Source: Takakia lepidozioides (Eukaryota; Plantae; Bryophyta). From it: a stretch of DNA of 64,000 nt. A program made the translations under genes and the position numbers. The notes beneath the pieces were generated by a model that saw only the letters and a program-made list of their open reading frames with translations, did not search any database and was not told where the DNA came from. Location of the stretch: positions 27,900,001 through 27,964,000 of the forward strand of contig CM060734.1 in the NCBI GenBank assembly GCA_030704615.1, given 5' to 3'. Positions 10,462 through 22,500 of this stretch are shown here, piece by piece. The number at the start of each line of letters is the position of its first letter. The first letter of the stretch is position 1.

Positions 10462-13400
10462 TTACTCACATGAAAAGTCGTTGTCGACCTGCTTATCTTC
10501 GGGATCGTCATCATTTCGAATATGAATCCGATCAGTCTGTGTGCCTGAAGTGGAGCCAGACAAAAGGGGGAGGAGCACTGTGTTGTAGAGGTCAGAATCA
10601 CCCTCCATACCAAAAAGGCTTCTTCCGCCTGCCTTGCATGCGTGGTAAGTTGCTCCTGCACCAGACAGGAGAACATAAGCAGTTTGGAGGAGGGGATTTA
10701 AGCAGATGAAACTGTTGAAAGGAAACCAATTCGGAAGGGAGAAAACGAACCTGTGGACACAGAAAGATCGACCACCCGTGCAGAGCGGTGGCTGCATGAC
10801 TCCAGCAGTATTTGCATGAATGCTGGTGACTTTTCCTTTGCACCTCTCCAGGGAGTGCCATCTGGTCTCTTCAGAGTCTGACTGGACTGCATGAAGTTGT
10901 ACAAAATGTCATCGACATGGGGCTTATAGGGGGGGTTGACGAAACAACCCTGGTCAGAAATCTCAAAGCTGCGGATGGAGGATGGTGTCTTTGATGTGCG
11001 AATCCTCCGCAGGCAGATCGCCTCGAACATCCTCGTCTGCCAAAGATAGCAGGTTAGTGTGGTAAACACAATCTAAAGTGGAAGTGTGTACATCGGCTAT
11101 TCAGAACTCTGACACCAAAAAACCATGAATCGTTGATGATCGGTGTCGATCATAAAACATTCTACTAGAGTGGAGCTGCAGAGAAAATTGAAACTCATGA
11201 TCAAAGCATAAGCAGAAGGCAGACGGCATACCAGCTGACCAGGGAAACCCCCTTTCACAAGGTAGAGGCTGTTCACACAATTCCATGTGCGCAAAACTTC
11301 AAACCCTGAAGACTTGAGGTATGATGCCAATGCCCGACGACTATCATTGTCACATGACTGAAAAAGCAGAAGTGTCCCTGCATCAGAGAGGAAATTGTTA
11401 CAGAACCCGAATACCCAACTCCAGTAGTTGTCCTCGAATTTGTTCCACCCTGGCGTCTTGCCCTTTGGAAGAACTTCTGGCACAGCCTGGCCATCCGGAA
11501 TGTCGAGAATGACAATGTCGGCCGCATAAGTTTTCTGCACACCGCACACGAAGGTGGGACCTGTGCTCACCTGCAACAGACATGTTTTCTATAAGAACGA
11601 TGGCAAGAATGTTTTCAAAGAACGAGACTGAAATACTGCCAACGAAACATTCAGAGAAAAAGGAAAGAAAGTGGAATTCTCACCAGATTGAGGAATGAGA
11701 TTATATTGTCCCAGGTAGGGGATGGCACCCCAGTGTATCCTCTCTTTCGACTCTGCATCATCGAAAGCCAACCCTCATTAACAATTTTCATCTCTCCTGC
11801 TGAATCAGAACGGGAAGGGTGTGGCTTGGCATCGAACACGCACTGAAGAGTGCGGGTATATCTTCCAGCACTAAAGTCCTGCCCACTCTCCATCTCCTTT
11901 TCATTCTCCTTCCCCTTGTCCTTTTCCTTCTCTTTGGACTTGTCTTTGTCCTTTGGCTTTGCTGGTGAGATGGCTATGACATCAACAGCCTTGTCTTTTG
12001 GTTTGCGGCCCGCCTTCTTTCCCTTCTGCGGCGTTCCCTGAGCATCAGGCTCCTTGGCAGCCAAGGTTGCTATGTTTCGTTGATACTCTTCTTCAGTCAA
12101 AGGCGCCAGCATCTCAGCGTTATTGTTCAAGTATTTCATATGCTGTTCTTGAAAGGTCGTGTGCTCAGGTGGGCAGTCAAGGTACCACCCACAGTCTCTG
12201 AAGTGAGAAGGACTCCAGTCCTTCAATATCCCTGTAGTATACATGGTTGGATCGTTTGCAGGGTCCGACCACATGTCAAGATAGTCGGGAATTCCGCTCA
12301 GGTGATTTCCTTCCATAAGCACATATTTCGTGTACCTGAAAAAAGGAGATGAATCCCAACCCACAAAAGCGCTCAGTGAGTAAGATGCAAGTAGAACAGA
12401 AAGAATAAAACATGGATTGAAATGGCTCTGACAACTGCTCCAAGGACCTTTCAGGACCACACTACTGCTCCAGATATGAATGTCGTCAACGCCATTCAGA
12501 ACATTCCATTCCATGACACTGTAAATACATCCTAATCCAGGTGAATGCAAATAAGCGATTAGAAATGACACAGAAATAGAAGTGAATGTCGTCAACGACA
12601 TTCAAGAATGAAGCCAAATTATTACTGAAATGAAGCAAAATCACAGGATGGAAATAAAAAAAATTGAGTAAGGAACCATCCAGGAAAACTCAATGCACAT
12701 TCATAACGAACCTATCACTGAGGACCTCACAACATCACTGTATGTGAATGGCGTCAACGCCATTCACAAAAATACAAAAAAGAAACCAATTACTTAGCTC
12801 CCCAATCCATGAAAATTGAATTTGTCGTTTTTGAATAATACAGACACAGCTGTGAATGTCGTCAACGACATTCACTTTGGATTTCTTAAAACAGAGCTTA
12901 TCAAGCCTCCATATTCATCGCAAGAGGAAAAAACAATGCAGAACAACTGAATGTCTGCATTGACATTCAGCAAAATGAAGTGATCAACCCTCATTGTAAC
13001 CTCTATGGACATTACAAAAATTTAAATAACCTTGAGGACCACACAACAACTCCGTATGTGAATGTCGTCAACGCCATTCAAGGACATTATCAATTCTAAT
13101 CAGGGACAATATAATTGCACCCTTAGATCCTAACCAGGTGAATTCATATACTCGCTTAGAATGACTCAGACAAAGAAGTGAATGTCGTCAACGACATTCA
13201 ATCTGGATCTAAGATTGCAATCCATATGAAGCCACAATTTTTCCCAAAAAAACAGTAGAGTTTCAAGTATGACATTTCACCTGTACACAACTCGCATCAT
13301 GGCCCACTCTCCTCCAACCTGACTGTCAAAGTCGTTGGACCGTAAAATGTTACCATCTTTGGAGAACTCCCGGAAAAAACAGTATCTCCAGGTGAGACCT

Positions 13401-13510
13401 CTCCACTTCCTTATGTATGCCTCCAATGACATTTGGGGAGACTTGTCTACCCTGCTTCTTTGGCTACTGATTGCAAAGGGATTGAAAGAGTGCGAGATAT
13501 ACGGACCTGC
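10462..13510 (-). pseudogene. Beta-class amino (N6A/N4C) DNA methyltransferase-like multi-exon gene, 5' truncated (copy 1)
   Basis: Exons read YAADIVILDIPDG...NFLSDAGTLLLF...GFEVLRTWNCVN, then PWRGAKEKSPAFMQILLESCSHRSARVVDLSVSTG and, after intron 10750-10656, ATYHACKAGGRSLFGMEGD...DFSCE*. Motif order IV...X-I matches N6_N4_Mtase. Confidence 0.7.
12477..13200. repeat. Intronic array of 7 palindromes TGAATGTCG-TCAA-CGACATTCA
   Basis: Copies start at about 12477, 12583, 12745, 12853, 12948 (degenerate), 13059 and 13179. Confidence 0.92.
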
Positions 13511-13793
13511 TTGTTGAGAACAGACACTATGCAGCAAGCAATGCATGTGGGCAGGCTCCCCATCGGATCACCGGCCACATTCAAGCTGCTCCCCTCAAAT
13601 TTCCTTACAGAAAATGAGATGGTTTTGTTGTTCTCCAGGGGCCCGGAACACTCTCGACGCAGATCCGGGAAGCAAGGAAAATGTAACCAAGTAAGGTCTC
13701 AAGTGGAACGTGGCAAAGCAGCGAGACAATCAATAGTCAAGTCTTGTGTTTTGACACAGTTAAATTGAGTGATATTAGGAGGCTTCTGAACGA

Positions 13794-14290
13794 TTGCATT
13801 TCCCTCTCAAACTCCCCAAACTAACACAAGCCTACTCTCATACTACCCTCCCACCTGACATCCTAGCATTTCTTATAACCTCTTTTCAAATCACATACTC
13901 CTACTCTAGCCCACTTACATGCCCGATGGAACTCTCGTCATACTCTAGCCCGTACCCCCGGGATTGCATCTTTGGAGCCTCCGGCTCTGCCACACAACAT
14001 ACCTGGGCTAGTCGCAGGTTCGCAAACCCGCCCCTAGGGACATCCACGCATGACACTTTCCAATGGGCCCGCCTCGCGGCCCAATCCTCCCCCTCCGCCG
14101 CCATCATCCTTCTTCTAACACACCAACAACTGCCGACCTCCAGGCACCCCCTCCTCCACCTCCCCCCTGAGGTTACACCTCTAGCTACTATCGACCCAGA
14201 CCAGATCCAATACACCCGCACACCACCCATTCCCAAATACCTAAAACACCGAGAGCCCACCCTAACCCTAATATTACTTGTTCATCGAAC
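13794..14290 (+). pseudogene. LINE ORF2 fragment: PCIF1/Dam-like N6-adenine methyltransferase-like domain
   Basis: LPPDILAFLITSFQITYSYSSPLTC..YSSPYPRDCIFGASG..FANPPL resembles the PCIF1 core LP..F..L...F...ECFASPLNC..YCS.FPD.D..FGS.G..FEANPPF. Confidence 0.65.
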
Positions 14291-14544
14291 CCCCACCACT
14301 GCCACCATACCCACCGACTTTCCCTCCCGCCTCACTCGCCTCCTAACTGACACACACGACATGAAGGCTACCACATTTCCTATACCCCCACCCCAACCCG
14401 CTACTCCCAGCCCCTGCCCTAGAATAAACATATGTAAAGCATGGTCTAGAGCGCTCCCCCCCCCCCCCGTCCCACTTCTCATGCCCATTCATAGTGCACC
14501 CCAGTATCCCAGTAGGCTCTACCCCTTAGATACCCACCAGCCCA

Positions 14545-14866
14545 CTCCTACTACACTGATGGATCCCTTACTGGCTCCCGAGCTGGATATGGTATTTTTC
14601 ACGCTGCAACCAACCAAGGCGTTGCCCTATGCCTTCCTGGCCCAGCCACCATCCTACACGCCGAGCTCATGGCCATCCATGATGCCCTCACCCAGCTCTC
14701 CTCATTCCCCCCACCTCATTATATCTTTACCGATAGTCTCACCTCACTCTTTCTCATCCGTAACCACCTCTCTCAACCCTCCTCTCACCACCACCATCCA
14801 GATCAGAACCTCATCGCTGCCATCGTTCATCTTGTTATTTCCCTAAACCAACCCATCCACTTCAAA
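14545..14866 (+). pseudogene. LINE-type RNase H domain
   Basis: YYTDGS...AGYGIF...TILHAELMAIHDAL...YIFTDSLTSL...QPIHFK; truncated before the KV.AH motif. Confidence 0.88.
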
Positions 14867-15142
14867 CGCCAACCTTGTCGCCAACTGTGGTTCTCCTTTG
14901 GCAGAACGCACCTCAATAGAGGCCCCCACGTCACTTGTCGGGAGTCCCAACTTTTGTGCCGTTGCCGGTGTCATGAAGGAGTGCGACGCTCCTGTGTCCA
15001 CCAACAACGACACATTCGTTCCGGATATTATCCCATCCACGAACAATAACTGACTCCCTTTTCGTAAGGTGCCAGTTTCCTGATACAACTCACAAGAAAA
15101 TTTGCCTACCTTGCAAGTCCTGGCGACCACCGCTTCCACCAA
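14858..15142 (-). pseudogene. Gypsy aspartic protease, truncated
   Basis: LLFVDGIISGTNVSLLVDTGASHSFM. Confidence 0.88.
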
Positions 15143-16325
15143 GCGACTGATGGTATCTTCCGACAGCTCCCGTGGTCGCCCGAGTCATGTTCAATTGCCG
15201 GGGCTTCGTGCACTTCTTGGCCATGTGCCCGGGCTCCCCGCAATTGAAACACACTCCATCAAAGGTCGCCTTCTGTCCGCCATAAGCCGCTCCACCCGCT
15301 TTTCCTTTCGAAGCACCGGGTGCCGCCTTGACGTGTGAAGGCCCTCCCTTCGATTTCCACGTGCCATTGTCGCCGCGTGGCCTATCCCACTTCTTTCCCG
15401 GTCGGAAGGAGTCACCTTCCCGCCGGGTCTTCTTGTGGTTCAGCTCCGTACGGCCTTGTCTCTCACCCCTAGGGACATCCGAGAAACATTCAGCCCTCTC
15501 AATTGCCTCGTTCAAAGTCTTGGGTGGCTTCTCCTCCAACTTCCGCCTGGCCCATGGGGCCAGTCCCGCCACAAAGTTGAAGACCATTTCTGGTTCTGCC
15601 ATGTCCGCGACTTCGAGCAACAGCACATTGAAAGCCTGGACATACCCCCGAATGTCATCTGTTTGCTTCAAATTCCTCATCTTGTCCCGGGCAAGCCAGG
15701 ACGCGTTGAGGGGCACAAACTGTCTCTTCATCAATTCCTTGAACCCACTCCAGTTCAAGGTTTCCGGGCTTGGGCCTCGGTCGTGAAGACGTTTCTGCCA
15801 CCATTGTTGAGCATAGCCCCTCAAATAGGTGGGAGCCACTTCCACCCGATCCTCGTCACTCAACTTGGCCGCCCGGAAGTACTGCTCTAGCTCCAGGAGC
15901 CAGGTGTTGAGTGCCTTCCGATTTTGGACGCCCTTGAAGGTGCCAGGTTCCTTAGGCTTCACCTTAAACTTTGCCTTAGTGGAAGTGGCATTAGCCGCCT
16001 TCAACACGTCTTTCAACGTTCCGCCAAACTGCGCCAACAACCCTTCCCAAAAGGCTGCCGGCATGGGAGGCATCTGTTGGTCGGTCGGAGCTCTCACGGA
16101 TTCCTCGGGCTCCGACTCCTCGGATTCCTCCCGCTCTTGAGCGGCCTCGCTTTCAGGAACCTGCGTCGCTTCCTCAAACGGCCGCTCCGGTGACACGTCG
16201 CCCCCATCGGGCTCACCGGGATCATCATCTTTTGGGCCGTTCCGCTTTCGCTTTGGCTTGCCCGACCCCATGATGAGGCCAATCCCAAGGACGATCGTGT
16301 ACTGAACTCTAAGGTCTGATACCAA
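15090..16325 (-). CDS. Retrotransposon gag with CCHC zinc knuckle
   Basis: Open ORF with KPKEPGTFKG, YLRGYAQQWW, LKQTDDIRGYVQAF, CFNCGEPGHMAKKC; probable start MGSGKPKRKR near 16271. Confidence 0.9.
   Translation of the reverse strand: MVSDLRVQYTIVLGIGLIMGSGKPKRKRNGPKDDDPGEPDGGDVSPERPFEEATQVPESEAAQEREESEESEPEESVRAPTDQQMPPMPAAFWEGLLAQFGGTLKDVLKAANATSTKAKFKVKPKEPGTFKGVQNRKALNTWLLELEQYFRAAKLSDEDRVEVAPTYLRGYAQQWWQKRLHDRGPSPETLNWSGFKELMKRQFVPLNASWLARDKMRNLKQTDDIRGYVQAFNVLLLEVADMAEPEMVFNFVAGLAPWARRKLEEKPPKTLNEAIERAECFSDVPRGERQGRTELNHKKTRREGDSFRPGKKWDRPRGDNGTWKSKGGPSHVKAAPGASKGKAGGAAYGGQKATFDGVCFNCGEPGHMAKKCTKPRQLNMTRATTGAVGRYHQSLGGSGGRQDLQGRQIFL
16313..16324 (-). promoter_or_regulatory. Primer binding site, initiator tRNA-Met type
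   Basis: TGGTATCAGACC 2 nt inside the LTR; 11/12 match to TGGTATCAGAGC. Confidence 0.9.
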
Positions 16326-16326
16326 G

Positions 16327-17055
16327 TGTCGCGCACCTCACTTCGGTAAGCTCCCCTTCAAGTCATAGTTACTCGCTTTGATGCGCGTGCCTGACTCCCA
16401 ACCTGGCCGCCCGGGCCAACTTGGAGCTTCGGCTGCTCACCGGGACATAACGGTCCCTCTTCACTTCCCGCTAAACCCTCCACCTATTTGGGACTAGGAG
16501 AATTCCCTTTGGTAGATGGCAGTCCGGAACAGCTCCCCACTCTTTGGTCGCTTTCCGGCTCGCTCGCTTACTCACTAGTTTTTGGTCACCAACGGGTTTG
16601 CACCGTTCTCGGGGTCACCACTCCCCTTATATATACTTCTGTAGCTGTCCGCGGGGGTTTCACAACCAGCCATGCCATTTTATGGCGAACCACCACGAAA
16701 ACCCTCGATTCCCGGTGATGAGTCGCGGTGAGTCTTGGCCCGCTCACCACGGCCCCTATGGACCGTGATGAGTCCCAAGACTCCCCACGACTCCCACCAC
16801 GAGGTCTCTGCCCCCATGGTGAGTCCTATGCCACCCCCACTAAGTCCCGCTAAGCTACCACCACCCCTTGTGGAGCCACCCCCACCGCAACCCGGTGTGC
16901 GGGGCTCCACCTAGTGAGCGCCTCCGCCTCCTTGGGTGCCTTGGGCACTCAAGGGTGCTTCAGCCCCCCATACCTATCGCTGCCGCTGCCCCCACCACAG
17001 GGGCAACCCCTCATGTGTCCCGACCCCCTTGCCCTCAAGGCAAAGGGCCGCGACA
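16327..17055 (-). repeat. 5' LTR (729 bp)
   Basis: Ends TGTCGCG...CGCGACA (7-bp terminal inverted repeat), adjacent to the PBS. Confidence 0.88.
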
Positions 17056-18041
17056 GGGTGGGTGGTGGGGTTTTTGAAGAGCAATTGAAAAATGGGATGT
17101 AGCTCATTTTAAACCATATTGGTAGAGGTGTAACATCCCTATCCAGTAAACATATTGTCTTCCTTATGGCAGCAGGGTCTGCACTTCTTCTTCAAAATTC
17201 CAGCCCCATAGCAATCACTACTATGTTGAACTGTGTTTTTTTATGAGACAGGCCACAATTTAACTTTCAAAGAGTGTATGTAGTAACTGCTTTACAAAAT
17301 TTAGAAATCAGAAAACTATGTCCAATTTCCTATGCAACAATTTCCAGATCCATTAGTAGCATCTTGATGCACATTGGTATAGGAGATAGCCTTCCTTGTG
17401 ATTGTCCAAACACAGATTGTATTTCAACAGTAGATTGTTGCAGGTAGACATGCCACCTCTGCTCCAAATGTAAATGCTGAATCTGTAAAGCATTTGAGTA
17501 GTAGTTGAACCAGCTCATAGAGTTAAGAGATACCAAACAGATGGAAACCCTCACCTGCACCCGTCCCAAAAAACACCACAGACAATTAGTGTGTGGGTTA
17601 GTGAGGATGTGCGAGAGCTGCTCCAACTATAGAGTCTCTACTCCATAGATATTTACACGTCAAAGACCGAGGCGCTGACGTTGTTGGACTGAAAAAATTG
17701 GCCAACTCTATACCCACTCACCCTGAATCCATATTTTTATTCAACGTTACAACTAGGAAATAATGGGTGACTGGTTTACAGACCTGTAAACCATAATCTT
17801 CACCCCAAAGTAAGAAACTGTCCAGGTCCACACCTGTCCAATTGTTTATCTATAAGACAGACTTATTCGGCACAAGTATGAAAACCCCGGTGTTGATAAG
17901 TTCAAATATCCATGCAGCACCATTGGCAGACAGTCACATAGAACAAATGCTAAGGGTTGATTCCCAAATACTCAAGAACAACTGTGACTGACATGTGATG
18001 CAAAGAAGTCCGAAGAAAACATAACAACAAACTGGCACTGA

Positions 18042-18149
18042 CTTGGGGAAAAGATTTCTGAATAGCATGCGAAAATACTAGGATTCCTTGGTGCCTGGAG
18101 TGTTGTGTGGATAGGCATGAATTACATTGGCCATCATCTGATCTGTCAC
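18042..18149 (-). pseudogene. Isolated asparagine synthetase C-terminal exon fragment
   Basis: After the acceptor ctgtag: VTDQMMANVIHAYPHNTPGTKES*YFRMLFRNLFPK, resembling plant ASN VTD.MM.NA..I.PHNTP.TKEAYYYRMIFERFFPQ; one stop. Confidence 0.7.
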
Positions 18150-19387
18150 CTACAGAGAAGCAATCCCTGTCAGCAAAAGAGTTTGCTTAAGGGGTCTGAA
18201 AATAGCAACAGGAAAAGGCAATACTTGAAACTTAACCGTACTTTGAATTTTTTCCTGAAACGGGGCCCCTGAAATTGTGTACCCTAGTCACAGGACATGC
18301 TGCTCCTCCTCACTCAGCGAAACACTTTGATTAAAGGGGATTGAATGTTGATTTAGTTCAAGCTGTCGTTGGGCAATGTCTCAAAAAGACCATGCACAAA
18401 ATGTCCAGGGAGTTTACATGACCCAACAAACTAGATTCTGCCCCACAGCAAGCAATTAGCTAACATTGTAGGCCTCAACTCACCAGTACCCCTTTCAGCC
18501 GTCTCTAATTCCCGTTAACATGAACTATTTGAGTTTCAACAAGAGAGACAAGTAAACCTTCAATGTGGGCCAATGAGGACAAGTCTTTGTTGCATACTAT
18601 CTGTCCTGAAGCTTGATTTGTCATAGAAAAACCCATTTGGGTAGAAAATTCAGCCTACATTGATACAGAACCCAAATGAAAGCACACAAGACAAATACAA
18701 ATATGTGTACTCATTCAGATGTCAGGAACTAGAACTTTTGGTTTGTTTCCTCCAAAGAGTGCTGTCACGGTGACAAAAGATCGACGGAATAGCTGGAATC
18801 AACCTCAGCCAATATGCGCTAAACGTAAGGCAGGGGGATGAACATGGCCTGCAACTAATGGGACACAAGCGAGTGATATCAGCACTTGGGGTCCCCACAT
18901 GGTGTGAGAGAGAAATACACCCCTTCTTTCTCCCAGCAATTATCCAATTGCTCTCCTTTACTTTGAGCTCATAGAACAACTCCTCCACCTTCTGTGGAGA
19001 CCATTGACCATCCCATAAACCTATTATTGGAGATCTTTTGAACTGCAAATGTTGGACAGCTTGGTACAAATGGGTGAAAGCAGACTACGGTGTCTACATT
19101 TTTGTATCACAACAGTGTTTTACATGACATAGTTTGATTCAATTGTACCTTAGAGACAAATTTTTACTACAATGAGGACTTTTTCTAGCCACCGTAGTTT
19201 GCTTTCACCCAAATATGAGGTGATGGATTCTGTTTATTGTATGTTAACACTGCTTTCATCTTTTGCAGTTATTCTATCCAGCAGAGCCATTGCAATGGAA
19301 GTAAGACAATGCATCCACTTTGACTCCCTCCCTATTTCAATATGACAAGCAATAGGAAGAGAAACATAGACATTTACCTAGGCCTTG

Positions 19388-19568
19388 TGTGAAAACACCT
19401 ATTCTATCCAGAGTCGATGACACACAGAATCGTGTAAAACATAGAACTAGATTAAATAGATCTTACATCAAGAGAGAATGTTCACAAGAGAGATCTGCAC
19501 TCTCTGTGTCTCGGCTGAGTCTGGTGGTTCTACATCTATTCAACTATTGAGCTCTGTACCGTTTCACA
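19388..19568 (-). repeat. Probable Copia 3' LTR (181 bp)
   Basis: Ends TGTGAAA...TTTCACA, just downstream of RNase H on the minus strand; no second copy to confirm. Confidence 0.65.
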
Positions 19569-22500
19569 CACTCCTTGGTGACTTCAACCACCCAACCACT
19601 TCAGATGTAAGACTTGGATGTAACTGCACATCCTTAATCAATAATCTAGTACATCCTACACTATACACTGACAGAGAATTATAGATGTATTCCTTCACTT
19701 CCACTAAGACTCTGGCAGTATATACGTAGTGTCTCCCATGTTGTCTAAATCTGGCTTCTTGTTCCACTTCAATCCAGCCCCTCTCGCACAAAGAAAGTGT
19801 TTCTCCTTCGGCACGCTCTTCGTCAAGAAATCAACAATCATTTCAGATGTTGGAAGGTACTCTAGTGTCACTTCCTTCGACTGGACCTTTTCTCGTATGT
19901 AGTGATACTTGATGTCAATATGCTTACTACGAGCATGAAACTTAGGATTTGCAGATAGCACTATCGCACTTTGATTATCTGCATAAATATAGTAGTTTTC
20001 TTCTAAACAAATCCCAAGTCCATCATCAGACTCCTAAGCACACTGCCTCTGCTGCAGCCTTTGATAAAGCCATGTATTCGGATTCAGTACTTGATAAAGC
20101 CACGGACCTATGCTTTTTGCTTGACCAACTTACTGCACCACTTGCGAGCTTGAAGCAGAAACCCGATGTTGAACGTCGAGTATCAATGTCTCCAACCCAG
20201 TCCGCGTCTTAGAAGCCTATTAGGGTTGCTCCTTCGTCCGATTTACAATACTGAATTCCAATATGAAGAGTGTCTTTTATGTACCTCTTCACTGCCTGCC
20301 AATGAGGCTCTCCGGGGTTTGATAAGAATTGAGCGAGACTACCCACTGCAAATGAACAATCAAGTCGGGTGTTGACAACAACATGCATCAAACAACCGAC
20401 AGCTTGTGAATAAGGCACTTCTTGCATCAAAGCTTTTCCATATTCAGTTTCTGGGCAATCTGACTTTGTTAGCTTCTCCCTGGTCTCCATTGGAGTACTG
20501 ATTGGTTTACAATGCTCCATTTCGAATCTTTGCAGCACTCCAAGCAAATACCTTTCTTGTAACAATCTGATCCATCCTTCTCCCCTGTTTCTTGAAATCT
20601 GCATCCCAAGGCAGTAGTGGATCTCCCCCATATCCATCATTTCAAACTCAGATTCGAGGAGCTTCTTGATCTGTTGCAAGAAATTCACATCATTGCTAGC
20701 CAATATAGTATCATCAACATATAATACCAGAATGAGGTAACTCGTGCTCTTCCGCTGTACGTAGACGTTCGAATCAGCTACGCTTCGATCAAACCCTATT
20801 GTCATAAAATAGGTGTCAAATCTCTGGTACCACGCCCGTGATGATTGCTTGAGCCCGTAAAGTGATTTGTTCAGCTTACAAGCTAAACCAGATTTGCTCT
20901 CTTGCATAACTCCTTCTGGGAACTCCATATAAATGTCTTATTCTATGAAGCCATTCAAGAAGGCAGTTTTAACATCAAGTTGTTGAACTTCCAAATGAAA
21001 CTGAGCCGCAAGCGCAAGTATCACTTGTATAGATGCTAATTTGACTACTGGTGAAAAGGTCTCAGTATAATCCAGTCCAGATATCTGTGAGTATCCCTTT
21101 GCTACCAATCTTGCTTTATAGCGATCCACACTCCCATCTGCCTGAAGTTTTACTTTGAACAGCCATTTACAACCTATAGGCTTTCTATTCTCTGGTAGCT
21201 TCATGGCTGTCCATGTTTTGTTTCTTCTTAAAGATTCCAACTCAGAATCTATTGCATTCTTCCATTGTTCTGCTTCGGGACAAGATAAAGCCTCCTTCAA
21301 GGTAACAGGTTCATTTACAGAAGCTTGTGTCAAAAGTGCTCTCCAGGGTTTCCTACCTTCTATACTCTCAATCAACCTATCAGGTGGTTTCTTGATTCTA
21401 GTAGATCGTCTTTTTCCTGGTGATCTTGTTGTCTCTCTTCTAGCCTGTCTTGAATCCCTCCCTAAGATGGGTGAGGTATTTTCTCTCACTACATCCTTTA
21501 TGTCATCATAAGGCTGATAAACTGAACCTGTGCTCAGTGGTGATGGAAGTGCTCCCACTACTTGACGTGGCCTTGGAAACTGTGAGGGTATTTGAGAAGG
21601 TTGTATAGTTGGACTTATGTGAGTGTTTTGTGGTACTATGTGAGTGCGAGGAAGTGGTAAATTGTTAGTGTTTGCATACTGCTTAAAGAAAGATCTAATA
21701 GCATTGAATCTTTGTCTGCTTGTGTTCCCTCTTCTATAGCATCTCCCACTGTGTATCCTTATGGAATATCACCTCTCTGTAAATGATAATTGTCTTTTGT
21801 TTGGTCATTAATTTGTAACCCTTAGTTTGTTCACTATAGCCCAAAAACGTACACTCGACAGTGTGTGAGTCTAGTTTGCGTCTATTATCCTTCTGTAGTA
21901 GTGCAAAGGCTCTACAACCAAAGACTTTCAAGTGTGATACATCAGGCTTCACACCTGTCCATAACTCTATGGGTGTTTTGTTATTCTGTAGAGCTTTGGT
22001 TAGTGACCTATTCTGCAGATATGTAGCAGTCATAAGAGCTTCACCCCAATAAACATTTGGCAAGTTAGCATGGTGTAGCATTGAAAGTACAGCTTCCACT
22101 AAGGTCCTATTCTTCCTCTCAGACACCCCATTCTGTTGTGGTGTCCCTGCTACAGTAAACTGCCTCTGTATGCCATTCTCTTGACAGAATAAATTAAACT
22201 CATTAGAAATGTATTCACCACCCCCATCAGCCCTTAGAACTTTGATCATCCTACTTAGCTGATTTTCAACTAGTAACTTATACTATTTAAACCTCTCAAA
22301 GGCCTCAGACTTTTGTTTTAACAAATAAACAACAGTAAACCTTGAAAGATTGTCTATAAAGGTGATGAAATATTTTAGCCCATTGTGTGTGAGCGTTTGC
22401 ATCGGTCCACAAATGTCAGTATGTACGAGACCTAACAGTTCAGTAGCTCTTGTGCCTCCCTCTACAGGGAATTTCTCTCGGTGCTGTTTTCCTGAGATAC

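Larger units (their letters stand above)
9445..13790 (-). mobile_element. Truncated Mutator-like element, relative of 42752-54281 (one terminus plus 3' part of the cargo gene)
   Basis: Terminus GGGATGCCTCGGCGTGAGCC..CGTGAGC..GCTCACGCCACGTCA resembles the reverse complement of 54220-54281; carries a homologous methyltransferase-like gene. Right boundary approximate. Confidence 0.8.
14858..17055 (-). mobile_element. Ty3/Gypsy 5' half (LTR, PBS, gag, protease), truncated
   Basis: LTR 16327-17055, PBS-Met, gag ORF 15090-16325, protease LLVDTGASHSF. Confidence 0.92.

Noticed and set aside
10920-10945. NPPY in copy 1 as the MTase catalytic motif
   Set aside because: Not conserved in copy 2 (FIDDRTDPPT) and lies downstream of the DIPD block that occupies the motif IV position
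17555-17690. tRNase Z fragment (VVFFGTGA)
   Set aside because: Only a short motif with stops; neighbouring exons do not continue the match
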